A DNA stretch of 64,000 nt. Origin: Neoechinorhynchus agilis (Eukaryota; Animalia; Acanthocephala). The stretch is taken from NCBI GenBank assembly GCA_051530055.1, contig CM121343.1, positions 6,604,389 to 6,668,388 of the forward strand, in the 5' to 3' direction. Under the pieces are notes generated by a model. The model worked only from the letters and a program-made list of their open reading frames with translations. It did no database searches and was not told where the DNA came from. A program made the position numbers and the translations under genes. This document shows, in pieces, positions 1-14,039 of this stretch. Every line of letters starts with the position of its first letter. Positions within the stretch are counted from its first letter, which is position 1.

Positions 1-974
1 TATAAGACTCGGAACTAAAAAAGGCAAATCATTCACTACAGTAACAAGATTTTTTCTGTAATACGTTTAGTATTCGAAAGCCAACATGTGACATGGATGT
101 ATTTTATGAAAATCTCGCATTGTTTTTAGTAATAAATCCTTAATCGAATGACGGCATGATGGCTGTCGGACAAGAGATATCGTTTCTTCATCGATCAACG
201 GACACGGTTACGCATTACTGTCTGATTGATTTTTTTTCATTGATGTATAACCTGATTTGTGAAAATCCGCTGTTAGTTAATTATTTTTTGCTGAGGAGGC
301 TCGGTGATACATTGATTGTTTCAATGAAATTCGATTAGAATCGTAGATGACCCTGTACACTGGATTCAATAAGTTCTGATTCGTTTAAATGGATACATTC
401 GACACGACGAAAAACGGTTTACAATAAGTAGTCTCCAGTAGATAAACAAAAGGGTAATAAACCTTTTTCTATACTTTGAAATGCCATTAAAGTGATCCAA
501 AGGTCAAAGGACGAATTTTTATAAATAGATTTGGGACTTGTCGCCATGTAGGATATTTTTAGTTTCGCACATATAACCGCCTCCCACATTATAAAGTGGC
601 CTAGGACTTGACATTTGAAAAAGAAACAAAGTCATTTAAAACTTTGAAGAAATATTCGCATCTAAAGATCGTTCTTCATTAACCACGTCTTTAGAAAAGT
701 CCCACTTCCAATATATCGCGTTTTACATTCTTTTAAAAAGAACGCCGCAAAGAAGAGAGATGGTGTTGATTGGTAAATTCCAAAGCAATGATCAGAACTC
801 GGGTTCTATAGAAATTGGTATTTCCATGAATTTGTTTCCCCGTTAAATAACTTTTTCGTGAGATTGCAATCGGCACATCGTCTAATACAAAAAATTAAAT
901 AGCACCGATCAAGTTTTTAAATATGAAAATAAACTTAAAAAAATGTATTCGTTTGTGTATTATTATTTCGTCGT

Positions 975-3229
975 CATTTATAAATTGAAAATTAAATAAC
1001 AGAGGATAAAAGCGTCTAAATTGTCCTCTAATTTTTTTATACTGTGCTCTAATTGTTTGAAGATTGAATTGTTCATATTGGTCGTTTTCTGGCGGGTTTC
1101 GGAGAAACAATATAGAATGCGGTTATCAAGGTTGTAAATTGTTTCGAGATCAAATTGAAAGTAATAAAGTTGTTTTTCACATTGGAAGATCGTCAGCGAA
1201 ATCGTTAAGGAACGGCCTCTGGCTGCAAATTTATAAAAATTGAAAAAAAAACAGAGGATAAAAGTAAATTTCCTCTAATTTTTTTATACTGTGCTCTAAT
1301 TGTTTGAAGATTGAATTGTTCATATTGGTCGTTTTCTGGCGGGTTTCAGAAACAATATAGAATGCGTATCAAGGTTGTAAATTGTTTCGAGATCAAATTG
1401 AAAGTAATAAAGTTGTTTTTCACATTGGAAGATCGTTAGCGAAATCGTTAAGGAACGGCCTCTGGCTGCAAATTTATAAAAATTGAAAATTAAATAACGA
1501 GGATAAAAGCGTCTAATTGTCCTCTAATTTTTTTAACTGTGCTCTAATTGTTTGAAGATTGAATTGTTCATATTGGTCGTTTTCTGGCGGGTTTCCTAGA
1601 AACAATATAGAATGCGTTGATCAAGGTTGTAAATTGTTTCGAGATCAAATTGAAAGTAATAAAGTTGTTTTTCACATTGGAAGATCGTTAGCGAAATCGT
1701 TAAGGAACGGCCTCTGGCTGCAAATTTATAAAAATTGAAAATTAAATAACAGAGGATAAAAGCGTCTAAATTGTCCCTAATTTTTTTATACTGTGCTCTA
1801 ATTGTTTGAAGATTGAATTGTTCATATTGGTCGTTTTCTGGCGGGTTTCCTAGAAACAATATAGAATGCGTTGATCAAGGTTGTAAATTGTTTCGAGATC
1901 AAATTGAAAGTAATAAAGTTGTTTTTCATTGGAAGATCGTTAGCGAAATCGTTAAGGAACGCCTCTGGCTGCAAATTTATAAAAATTGAAAATTAAATAA
2001 CAGAGGATAAAAGCGTCTAAATTGTCCTCTAATTTTTTTATACTGTGCTCTAATTGTTTGAAGATTGAATTGTTCATATTGGTCGTTTTCTGGCGGGTTT
2101 CGGAGAAACAATATAGAATGCGTTGATCAAGGTTGTAAATTGTTTCGAGATCAAATTGAAAGTAATAAAGTTGTTTTTCACATTGGAAGATCGTTAGCGA
2201 AATCGTTAAGGAACGGCCTCTGGCTGCAAATTTATAAAAATTGAAAATTAAATAACAGAGGATAAAAGCGTCTAAATTGTCCTCTAATTTTTTTATACTG
2301 TGCTCTAATTGTTTGAAGATTGAATTGTTCATATTGGTCGTTTTCTGGCGGGTTTCCTAGAAACAATATAGAATGCGTTGATCAAGGTTGTAAATTGTTT
2401 CGAGATCAAATTGAAAGTAATAAAGTTGTTTTTCACATTGGAAGATCGTTAGCGAAATCGTTAAGGAACGGCCTCTGGCTGCAAATTTATAAAAATTGAA
2501 AATTAAATAACAGAGGATAAAAGCGTCTAAATTGTCCTCTAATTTTTTATACTGTGCTCTAATTGTTTGAAGATTGAATTGTTCATATTGGTCGTTTTCT
2601 GGCGGGTTTCCTAGAAACAATATAGAATGCGTTGATCAAGGTTGTAAATTGTTTCGAGATCAAATTGAAAGTAATAAAGTTGTTTTTCACATTGGAAGAT
2701 CGTTAGCGAAATCGTTGAACGGCCTCTGGCTGCAAATTTATAAAAATTGAAAATTAAATAACAGAGGATAAAAGCGTCTAAATTGTCCTCTAATTTTTTT
2801 ATACTGTGCTCTAATTGTTTGAAGATTGAATTGTTCATATTGGTCGTTTTCTGGCGGGTTTCTGAAACAATATAGAATGCGTTGATCAAGGTTGTAATTG
2901 TTTCGAGATCAAATTGAAAGTAATAAAGTTGTTTTTCACATTGGAAGATCGTTAGCGAAATCGTTAAGGAACGGCCTCTGGCTGCAAATTTATAAAAATT
3001 GAAAATTAAATAACAGAGGATAAAAGCGTCTAAATTGTCCTCTAATTTTTTTATACTGTGCTCTAATTGTTTGAAGATTGAATTGTTCATATTGGTCGTT
3101 TTCTGGCGGGTTTCGGAGAAACAATATAGAATGCGTTGATCAAGGTTGTAAATTGTTTCGAGATCAAATTGAAAGTAATAAAGTTGTTTTTCACATTGGA
3201 AGATCGTTAGCGAAATCGTTAAGGAACGG
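975..3229. repeat. Tandem array 1, ~254 bp unit, ~9 copies
   Basis: The motif gaaacaatatagaatgcg recurs every ~250-254 bp from ~1104 to ~3118. The early copies carry many small indels. Confidence 0.95.
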
Positions 3230-4007
3230 GCTGCAAAAAGGAGCTTTATAACTTTTATCTCGAAACAATTAACATTGATCAATAAACGCGAATGAGATTG
3301 TGCCTCTGAAATCAAACGGATTTTTCGAAATCCGCAGGAATAAAAGCAACAACTGCAAATACGCCGATTGGATCCAGATAGGTTATTGAAAACGTCGTTA
3401 CTTTTGATATACAAATCCATGGTGGAAATCTAAACCAAAAGGGCACAACTACACAAAAGTGCATAATTGTCCGCAAAATGTTTTCCCCGATTGTACAAGT
3501 GCTGCCCCGTGCATTCATCTTTTACCAATTCAGTAGTTATGAGAGTCCTCAGCCATCGCAGTCCCGATGGATAGGAAATCTTACATCATATGTCAAAAAC
3601 TTATGTCACTATTCGGCGGTGCGGGCGGGAGGGGGGGGGAATTCGGGTTTATCGAGTGTATGTACGCGTGTTCAGTCTCTCGAAACCATTTCCGAACTCT
3701 ACAAAAAACCATACACATATCTAAGAAAAAATACAGGAAGCATTATGGATCGCTTCTTGGGGTGATCAAGGTTTGCGCTACTGATTGTGAGAATCTTTCT
3801 CTAGACAAAACGATCCGAGTCGTGCATGTCAAATGAAATTCCTGGTCAGATACCGTGCGAATTTTAGAAATCTGTTAAAAAAAGGAATGTAATCATTTGT
3901 GTACGCTTTTATAGATATCTTATAATCCTTTTTTCTAGTAGACTTGAATTGACCCGGTCTAAAACCGGATACAAATTCGTCCTCCCATTCCTTCTATTTC
4001 CATTCCA

Positions 4008-6880
4008 AACCTTTTTGGAAATATTCTTTGTGAACGGAGGTCTTCAGTGAGCCCCCATCGAAAACTGTTCCAGTTCTGGACACTTTCTCCCTGTATTTGG
4101 ATCTTTTTTGAACCGAAACTCATTATACTATCGCATTGGGTTTTTTCGAAGCCAATTTGCCATTGATTCCTTCGAAACCCTATTGTAAATACTCTTCGTG
4201 AAGGGAGTTCTTCAATGAGCCGATCGAAAACTGTTCCAGTTCTGGACACTTTCTCCCTGTATTTGGATCTTTTTTGAACCGAAACTCATTATACTATCGC
4301 ATTGGGTTTTTTCCGAAGCCAATTTGCCATTGATTCCTTCGAAACCCTTTGAAATACTCTTCGTGAAGGGAGTTCTTCAATGAGCCGATCGAAAACTGTT
4401 CCAGTTCTGGACACTTTCTCCCTGTATTTGGATCTTTTTTGAACCGAAACTCATTATACTATCGCATTGGGTTTTTTCCGAAGCCAATTTGCCATTGATT
4501 CCTTCGAAACCCTTTTGGAAATACTCTTCGTGAAGGGAGTTCTTCAATGAGCCGATCGAAAACTGTTCCAGTTCTGGACACTTTCTCCCTGTATTTGGAT
4601 CTTTTTTGAACCGAAACTCATTATACTATCGCATTGGGTTTTTTCGAAGCCAATCCATTGATTCCTTCGAAACCCTTTTGGAAATACTCTTCGTGAAGGG
4701 AGTTCTTCAATGAGCCGATCGAAAACTGTTCCAGTTCTGGACACTTTCTCCCTGTATTTGGATCTTTTTTGAACCGAAACTCATTATACTATCGCATTGG
4801 GTTTTTTCCGAAGCCAATTTGCCATTGATTCCTTCGAAACCCTTTTGGAAATACTCTTCGTGAAGGGAGTTCTTCAATGAGCCGATCGAAAACTGTTCCA
4901 GTTCTGGACACTTTCTCCCTGTATTTGGATCTTTTTTGAACCGAAACTCATTATACTATCGCATTGGGTTTTTTCGAAGCCAATTCGCCATTGATTCCTT
5001 CGAAACCCTTTTGGAAATACTCTTCGTGAAGGGAGTTCTTCAATGAGCCGATCGAAAACACACACAAAACAACAAAACAACTGTTCCAGTTCTGGACACT
5101 TTCTCCCTGTATTTGGATCTTTTTTGAACCGAAACTCATTATACTATCGCATTGGGTTTTTTCGAAGCCAATTCGCCATTGATTCCTTCGAAACCCTTTT
5201 GGAAATACTCTTCGTGAAGGGAGTTCTTCAATGAGCAGATCGAAAACTGTTCCAGTTCTGGACACTTTCTCCCTGTATTTGGATCTTTTTTGAACCGAAA
5301 CTCATTATACTATCGCATTGGGTTTTTTCGAAGCCAATTCGCCATTGATTCCTTCGAAACCCTTTTGGAAATACTCTTCGTGAAGGGAGTTCTTCAATGA
5401 GCCGATCGAAAACTGTTCCAGTTCTGGACACTTTCTCCCTGTATTTGGATCTTTTTTGAACCGAAACTCATTATACTATCGCATTGGGTTTTTTCGAAGC
5501 CAATTCGCCATTGATTCCTTCGAAACCCTTTTGGAAATACTCTTCGTGAAGGGAGTTCTTTAATGAGCCGATCGAAAACTGTTCCAGTTCTGGACACTTT
5601 CTCCCTGTATTCGGACCTTTTTTGAAACGAAACTTATTATACTATCGCATTAGTTTTTTTCCGAAGCCAATTTGCCATTGATTCCTTCGAAACCCTTTTG
5701 GAAATACTCTTCGTGAAGGGAGTTCTTTAATGAGCCGATCGAAAACTGTTCTAGTTTTGGACACTTTCTCCCTGTATTCGGACCTTTTTTGAAACGAAAC
5801 TTATTATACTATCGCATTAGTTTGCTTTTCCGAAGCCAATTTGCCATTGATTCCTTCGAAACCCTTTTGGAAATACTCTTCGTGAAGGGAGTTCTTTAAT
5901 GAGCCGATCGAAAACTGTTCTAGTTTTGGACACTTTCTCCCTGTATTCGGACCTTTTTTGAAACGAAACTTATTATACTATCGCATTAGTTTGCTTTTCC
6001 GAAGCCAATTTGCCATTGATTCCTTCGAAACCCTTTTGGAAATACTCTTCGTGAAGGGAGTTCTTTAATGAGCCGATCGAAAACTGTTCTAGTTTTGGAC
6101 ACTTTCTCCCTGTATTCGGACCTTTTTTGAAACGAAACTTATTATACTATCGCATTAGTTTGCTTTTCCGAAGCCAATTTGCCATTGATTCCTTCGAAAC
6201 CCTTTTGGAAATACTCTTCGTGAAGGGAGTTCTTTAATGAGCCGATCGAAAACTGTTCTAGTTTTGGACACTTTCTCCCTGTATTCGGACCTTTTTTGAA
6301 ACGAAACTTATTATACTATCGCATTAGTTTGCTTTTCCGAAGCCAATTTGCCATTGATTCCTTCGAAACCCTTTTGGAAATACTCTTCGTGAAGGGAGTT
6401 CTTTAATGAGCCGATCGAAAACTGTTCTAGTTTTGGACACTCTCTCGCTGTATTCGGATCTTTTTTGAACCGAAACTTATTATACTATCGCATTAGTTTG
6501 CTTTTCCGAAGCCAATTCGCCATTGATTCCTTCGAAACCCTTTTGGAAATATTCTTTGTGAAGGGAGTTCTTTAATGAGCCGATCGAAAACTGTTCTAGT
6601 TTTGGATACTCTCTCGCTGTATTCGGATCCTATTTGAACGAAAACCTATTTTTATTACACTATCGCATTGGGTTTTCTCCGAAGCCAATTCGCCATTCAT
6701 TCCTTCGAAACCCTTTTGGAAATATTCTTTGTGAAGGGAGTTCTTTAATGAGCCGATCGAAAACTGTTCCAGTTCTGGACACTTTCTCCGTGTATTCGGA
6801 TCATTTTTCAACCGAAACTTATTATACTATCGCATTAGTTTGCTTTTCCGAAGCCGATTCGCGATTGGTTCCTTCGAGAT
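4008..6880. repeat. Tandem array 2, ~166 bp unit, ~17 copies, with two sequence sub-variants (switch near 5590)
   Basis: The motif aatgagccgatcgaaaactgtt recurs every 166-169 bp; repeated ORFs at 5228 and 5394 are 166 bp apart. Confidence 0.95.
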
Positions 6881-7400
6881 CTCTCTGGAACTTTGTGGGC
6901 ACTATAATGAGATCGATGGAATCGGTTTCGGATCTATAGACTGTCGCTTTCGTGGACGCAAACGTAGTCTACGAGCGTCCCGATGGTTGGTCGTTCATGT
7001 GGGCGCGTTACGAGGCGGATCGGGAGGGTTGGGGGCACTTCACGCTCGATTGCTACCTCGCATTCGCTGCCTTCAGTGACTGCGTTGGTAGGACTTCCTT
7101 TTAGTTCGTCAGAGTAGATTGGCTGACACGCAATACACGGGTGAAGGGAACTTTGCTGCTGCTGCTGCCGCTGTTAGTGGCAGTGCCGAGAAAAAGCTAC
7201 AGCATGTTTCCTTTTGTGCTTGTATTTAAAAAATAGACTATAACATGTCGCTTTAAGGCGCACTATAGAACGAATGAGTTTGTAGACTGAGTGGTCGGTT
7301 GTGACTATTGTTGTTCTTGGTGCCACATATTGCTTAACTCCATCATCATCATTATCAATAGTATTCTAAGATCACACGAAACCGCTTTTGCAACCGGAGT

Positions 7401-9272
7401 ATGCATAATGGCAGCCATTCCATAAATGAGCTGAAGAGCAAGAAAAAGTTTGTTTCTTCACATGGATCACTTATGCAAAGAATTAGTCAAAGGTTCAAAT
7501 GCCGGAGATTTCTAGAATCAATAAATGAACTTCCACATGTAACTACGCAATTCAACTCAAACACATCGACCGATGGTACGTTCCGTAGCTCCGATGGAAG
7601 CGAATTCGCCAACGGATTCCATCGAGAGCAGCGTTCTCGCCGCTATGATCCTACGTTCCGGGTTAAACTTAATGGAAGTTATAACAGCTCTAGCAGCGGC
7701 AGTGGAAACTCCATCGTTAGCTTCAGTCCTTCTGCGACCAATAAGCGCAATAGCATTTTAAATGGAAACAGAGAGGAGCTAAATAATGGTCGAACTGAAT
7801 ATTATTGGAACGGTATAGAACAGCTAAAGGTACTTAGACAAGTTTCCAACGATATATCTGAGTGTAATTTGGGAAAACGAAAATCGTTGCCGGTTGATTT
7901 AAAGGTAAATAATTTTACGAACCTTTACTCCCAGCATAAGAATATCCGAACGTCCTTATCAACATGCATCTCGACGTCTCTAAATCTAAAGAGATGTGCG
8001 TCAATATATAACATTGGTTTCGGGCGATTTCAATCATATCAGAAGCTTGAACGTCTAGGAGAAGGCACATACGCGACCGTCTTCAAGGGAAGAAGCTTAT
8101 TAACCGGTCAACTGGTGGCACTAAAGCAAATAAGACTGGAACCACAAGAAGGTGCTCCATGTACTGCAATAAGGGAGGTTTCACTTTTAAAACAGCTTCG
8201 GCACGCCAATATTGTCACATTGCATGATATAATCTACGACAAGGTTCCAAGAGAACAAAGTGATCGAATGAACTACAGGCAATTGACATTTGTCTTTGAA
8301 TACGTCGATAGAGACTTAAAGCAATACATGGAACAAGAGACAAATGGACACGGCATTCACCCGCATAATATCAGATTGTTTATGTATCAACTATGCAGGG
8401 CGTTAGCCTACTGCCATGATCGGAAAATCCTTCACCGGGATCTTAAACCTCAAAACCTTTTGATCAGTCGAAGGGGTGAACTTAAGTTGGCGGATTTCGG
8501 CCTTGCTCGTGCTAAATCAATACCCACAAGATCATACTCAAATGAAGTCGTGACACTCTGGTACCGACCTCCTGATGTACTTCTCGGATCCACGGAGTAC
8601 ACGTCCTCGATTGATATGTGGGGAGTTGGATGTATATTTGCTGAAATGTTCACCGGGCGTCCACTTTTTCCCGGATCGAAATGTGAAGATCAACTATTGC
8701 TTATTTTTAAGCTCATCGGAACTCCATTGGTCTACGAAGTAGCGGACGCTATTGGCAATTGCCCCAGAAAGCAGCATTCAGGTGCCATGCACTTACCATC
8801 ACTACCGATTTTTGCCGCTCGACCTCTATCAAATATCTTCCAAAATAAACATCTCATGTCTTTTGAGACACTGGATCTTCTGGAGAAACTATTGGTTTTC
8901 AATCCGAACCTAAGGGCCAGCTCCCGTGAATGTACTGAACACGCATACTTCGGCAGCTATAAAGCTCTTAATCGAATTCATCCGACACAATCAATTTTTG
9001 ATTGTTGTTACGAATCTTTAGAACATCGTAATTTGTTTGACGAACAAATTTTTATCTATAGAGAAAAATTTCCTCCAGCAATCAATAGCCGACCTGCTTC
9101 CATCGTTGGGTCAAATAGTCGATCGAAGTCTACCAATGAATCTGGATCATCAATATACAACGGACTTGCGGAGAGGCGATTTACGGTCCACGATCAAAAT
9201 GTCGAAAATCGTGTTGGATATACGGCGGCGACGGCCAAGTCTGTCAGTCGACGAATTACAATTCATCTATGA
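7401..9272 (+). CDS. PCTAIRE-family cyclin-dependent kinase (CDK16/17/18-like), single long ORF
   Basis: Motifs [45 protein letters not shown] and [18 protein letters not shown]. Long low-complexity N-terminus. Possible 39-nt TA-bounded in-frame insert at 8235-8275. Confidence 0.95.
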   Translation: MHNGSHSINELKSKKKFVSSHGSLMQRISQRFKCRRFLESINELPHVTTQFNSNTSTDGTFRSSDGSEFANGFHREQRSRRYDPTFRVKLNGSYNSSSSGSGNSIVSFSPSATNKRNSILNGNREELNNGRTEYYWNGIEQLKVLRQVSNDISECNLGKRKSLPVDLKVNNFTNLYSQHKNIRTSLSTCISTSLNLKRCASIYNIGFGRFQSYQKLERLGEGTYATVFKGRSLLTGQLVALKQIRLEPQEGAPCTAIREVSLLKQLRHANIVTLHDIIYDKVPREQSDRMNYRQLTFVFEYVDRDLKQYMEQETNGHGIHPHNIRLFMYQLCRALAYCHDRKILHRDLKPQNLLISRRGELKLADFGLARAKSIPTRSYSNEVVTLWYRPPDVLLGSTEYTSSIDMWGVGCIFAEMFTGRPLFPGSKCEDQLLLIFKLIGTPLVYEVADAIGNCPRKQHSGAMHLPSLPIFAARPLSNIFQNKHLMSFETLDLLEKLLVFNPNLRASSRECTEHAYFGSYKALNRIHPTQSIFDCCYESLEHRNLFDEQIFIYREKFPPAINSRPASIVGSNSRSKSTNESGSSIYNGLAERRFTVHDQNVENRVGYTAATAKSVSRRITIHL

Positions 9273-11429
9273 AATGATATAAATGCGCATTTCGCCTGAA
9301 TGTCTGATATTATTCTGTATATGATTAACATAAATGTCATGGCGATTTTTGGTTAAAATGGAAGCCCGTATTTTATCAACTTTAGAGTATATGCGAGCAA
9401 GATTAAATTCAGAATTTTAACAATTAGCACTGCAAGTCAATTCGCACGCCGAATTTTTTTTGGAAGATTTAACAAACGTAGCCATAAATTGAATTTTCTC
9501 ACTGTTCTTTATTGGTAAAGATGATTTTATCAATTTTTCCAGCTGGATCGTGATTAACTTACCAATAATCTTGATAATATCCACAAGACGTTTGGTAATA
9601 TCTCATTTCCTTTCAAGCGACTCAAATTTCACACGAGAAATTCGTCACTGATGGCATAGTAATGAAGATGTATACAATTTTTGTTTTCAAATCGCGAGGT
9701 TGGTGATACAAAAGTGGAGAACGATAAGTCAATATCAGCCGTTCGATTCTAACGAGATATCTGTGATTTATAGCTATAAATTCCTACCTATCGGTAAATT
9801 TCGAACTTGTAGGATTATAAAAGTTCATGAATTTTGAAGCCCTACATTTCTGGGAATTAACGGGATAAGACTTCACAACGAATGTAAAAAGAAAGTCCTT
9901 CGTGTATTGAACGATATTGCATCATTGCCTTAAATCTTTTCGAAGATATTTTGAGCAATCCATTTCTTTTCCATACGCCTGGATGTCTAAAAACAATTGG
10001 AAAGATTAGTTGGAGATAGTGCACTCATGCTAGCAGACCGGAAAAGGAATTTTCACCATTAATTTGTGTATTAGTCAACAAATGTTCCAAATTTAAGCGT
10101 CATTGATCATAATGTGATTAAAAAGAAATTGAAAATAATTAATCCCTAGCATTTGAAAGTAGGCAAAAGTAATCCTAAAACTATTTCTAAAAATATTCAT
10201 GCAAAATGTCGATATTTGAGGACGTATTGGGCTATATGATTTGATTGTTTTCTGGCGGAAAAATTGAAATGATTTCACTTTTTAAAATCCGATTGGTTTT
10301 AGAGGCACAATCTTGTACGCCTTCTGATCAATGTTGCTTGTAAGTTGACACGAACTCACATATTTCAAAATTTACAAGCAATCTTGATAAACACTTTCAA
10401 GATTGTGCCAACCAAACTGAACAATTCAATCTTCAAAGGTATATGATTAGAATTATTGTTTATTTTTCACCCGGTACATATTTTTTGTTTGAACATTGAA
10501 CGATTCATGTTTGTTTATGGCTTAAATTTTCCGCCATAAACAAGCACAAATAAAATTTTTATTAAAAAATCATTTACCGGGTGAACATCTAAACAATAAT
10601 TCTATCCATATAAAATGGTGTAGGTGAAGAAGATTGAGTACCGTCGTAAAAATCAGAGCTGTGCCGGACATGAAGTTTACATCGTTGTCGTTATTTACAA
10701 ATCTTAGGTTATTTAAGCGGAATAACTCGAGAAACATGAAGAAAACCAAGATGGATATTAGATTGGAAGTTTATGTTAGCCTTCTTACCACTCACAATGT
10801 GGGCATTTTAGAGTTCAAAGAGTGAAATATTCGTCCTAGTAAAAACTCCGGATACACGACTCGAAATGTATTGATTTTGCTAATTGGATTTTTTGTGATT
10901 GCATTTTAAAATCGGTTATAATTAAAAAAACTTCAGTCACAATGCACCAAAAAATGCAGTCTAAAGGAATTCGTTTGATTAATCAACGAGTTTTAAGTTG
11001 ATTCCGTTTGGATATTTGAAGACGAATCAATAAATCGAAACAGTTCAAAGAAGATGAATTTCGGATTTGAATGATTTCTGCATTTAAAGCATTGACAAGT
11101 GGCTTGATTCCCCATAAACGTTCTAAGTTCAATGTCCAGCTAAAAATGACTTTAAAACGATTGCTCACAATTGCATAAAAGCGGAATCGTAGAATGCATG
11201 GAAAATCTACCACTTCGTGATAATACGACAGTGACGATGCCCAAAAACTGCGATGGATCGAGGATAAAATGCACATCTCGAATTTCGTGCGTGCTTCCAT
11301 TTTCACCATCCTCCAACGATGAAAATCGTTTTTAATACTGCATTTTCGTGTGCCATTTGGTAAGGAGATAATTTCAGTATTAATAACCGAACGGTGTGTA
11401 GGCGGATTATTGAGCGTATTCGTTATACC

Positions 11430-13240
11430 CGCAAAGCAAAGAAAACCTTCGAAGAAAATATCAAAGTCAATTGGTTTGTTACTGACCGAATGGCGCTTTA
11501 ATGATTGATTTAGCGACGAGGTTGCTCAATATCTCGGCGAACTATTGCCGCACGAAATATTTCTCTTAGCTGATTTCATATATGAAAGCGCTCTATTCCA
11601 CTCGGCGACCGTTGAGAGTCTAAAAGTCAGGTTAACAGTGGTGACTAGTGAAGTTCTCAAAATATTAGAAACAAATGGAAGCCGGACGAATGAAAACTGC
11701 AAACCGAAAAGGAATAAGAAACGAAAAAAGACTAAGCGGATTTCAGGAATCGGTTATGAGGAAATATACAATGAGATTTGGGATATTCTGTCAGGTGGTC
11801 AGGTTTCGGAAATCGGGTTACAGAAAGGACTTAAAAGTCAGTAATATTTTACATCTACAAAACTATTGAACTTAATAAGAAAAAGATGATGAAAGCTTTA
11901 AAGTCGTCGAACCTTTTGACCGTGAAAACATGCCGTCACTCCGCAATCAGGTTCAACATATTTCTTCAATTTAATCATTATAGATTCTTAGATAGAGGAA
12001 TGGGAATTGTGCTACGATAGTCAAGAAGCATTTCCACCTTTACCAGAAGAAGAAATCGAACAATTTACGCAACCAATCGATATAATGGATCGTACCTATG
12101 TTTCTGAAAGTCCGCGTGGAGAACAGCATCCTTTTGATTCCATTTTGCAAGGGGCACCAATCCGAAATAATCGAAATTTACAACGGCAACCTGCAATGTC
12201 CATGGTTGATTCGGGCATTATGCACAAATCAACACCTCAGACCGCCGTCGAAAAGATGACTCGGAACTTTCCAATCGATATTCCGGCGCCTCAGCATCCT
12301 GCAGATAAAACAAAAAATGAACCTTCAAAGTCGGTTAAGCCGCAAATTGTTGAAGGTTAGTTCAAGAAGGCACAATGTTAAAATAAGACAAAAATTTAAT
12401 CAAAAAGAGTTTGGACATTTCTAAAATTAGTCGTTTTATCGAGTACATACTTAAAATACGCGTTTAGATTCCATCATGAGAGTCTCTGAACGCGAGAAGA
12501 ATAAGGTGATAAAAAAGAGTTTAAAGAAAGATAACAATTCAGCCGATCTTCACTTTTTGGATCTTGTGAATGAGCGAATTCTCAAAAAGGGTGAGAGTTC
12601 CCCAAGAATCGGAAATATAGGTTAGTTTGGAACTTAGATCATTTTAATTCGTCAATATAGTGAGCGATAAATTGTTCAATTTCATGCAAATTATGGCTGA
12701 AATTCAAGAAGACGTTCAGCGATCTAATGATGCGCAAACTGCCTCATCATCAGATAACGGAATTGGCTTTCCTAGCCAGCCGATCGATGGTTGTATCCTC
12801 AAAAAACGCTGCACTATAAACTACGCTTCTAAACTTTTCAGAATTCCGACAACCTAAAGGAACCAGGATGTCAATGGTGCTCTTGAAAAATTAAACCGGA
12901 ATTAACAAAAATTTATAGGTACATTTATACGAGCACCAAATGTCGCAATTGGCTCAATCAAAAGACAGGTAATCGTATTTGTCATTGAAACAATTAAAAA
13001 TTCAATAATTGTTAGGTTAAGGATGTCATCAATACTTGATACAGTATCCGGTTCAGCGGTCCAAATAACTGGTTCCAATTTGGCACCATTACCTGAAATT
13101 TGCATTGTGCCTCCCGAAATCATCACAATTGGAGATGTAATGTTCGTAATCTCTTAGTTATCCATTTATATTAGCCAGCCAAATGACCATTTAGGATTCC
13201 AGAACAAGGATGTTACTTCGATGAAATGATTTTAGAAAAT
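11430..13240 (+). CDS. Multi-exon gene with short GT-AG introns; tentatively kleisin/condensin-II CAP-H2-like. Exon structure only partly resolved.
   Basis: Coding-like segments at 11545-11844, 12007-12357, 12468-12620, 12660-12790 and 12920-13137 are separated by 40-100 nt GT...AG stretches. DEVAQYLGELL...ESALFHSATVESL loosely resembles the CAP-H2 N-terminus (judged from memory). Confidence 0.35.
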
Positions 13241-14039
13241 GCAAACCGAAGATCGGTGTCTCACTTATTCTCACTTCTTTTGAATGCCACTGTATATGGA
13301 AAAATAACGATAAAACAAAACGAACCGTTTGGAAGAATTACTGTGAAGCCTTTTTTCTAAAGTACATTTTTCGGACGCAAAGAAAAATTAATAAAATGCG
13401 CTGACATTTTGTGAGTCTCGGAGTTTTTAAGGCATTTTGCTAGGACAATGAAGGATGTGAATCCTTGAGGTTAATTTCACTTAATTTGTTTTATTTCGAT
13501 CCCGAAAAGTCTTGGGGCGCAGCGAGAATGTTAAACGCGAGAGGCGGACTAGAGAATGTAAAATAATCGGGATTTCGAGATTATTATCGGCAAAAGAATG
13601 ATTCCTCCTAAAAAGATACATAGATCCCTTACTTGTATTAATAATATTTTCGAAAAAATAACGTCCATATAACTGAAATTATCAGGCTACGATTAAATGA
13701 TTAACAAAAACATGGCAAAACCACGCAAATCCCAAGATTGTTCGCTAATTTGCTTGAAGGGGTAAAACGCAAATCAGCTTGTTATTATGATTGATGGCGA
13801 ATTACAGAATTTAGCAACAAAAGTAAAAAGTGCTTTTGTAAATCTGACCCTTTTAAAACCAATTTTGATCCATAATGGGCGGACTGCAACATCATAGAAA
13901 ATACTAAAGGAGATTGATCATTGGTCAAAATTAGTAGTAACTTTCAAGAGCTTATAAAAGGGATGCGATTAAACCTGAAAATTACATAAAGGGATGCCGT
14001 CATTTTTAGTAAATCTTATCCGTCGGTTAAAAAAATTAA

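Noticed and set aside
5058-5082. cacacacaaaacaacaaaacaa insertion in array 2 as a spacer or insert
   Set aside because: Single low-complexity occurrence typical of a long-read consensus artefact.
1050-6860. UUGAAGA-like cores in arrays 1 (plus) and 2 (minus)
   Set aside because: The GAAA half of the core is missing or disrupted.
9500-11330. Minus-strand gene suggested by ORFs 10093-10278 and 10983-11309
   Set aside because: No recognisable motif, and partly overlapping a dispersed repeat; cannot be supported.
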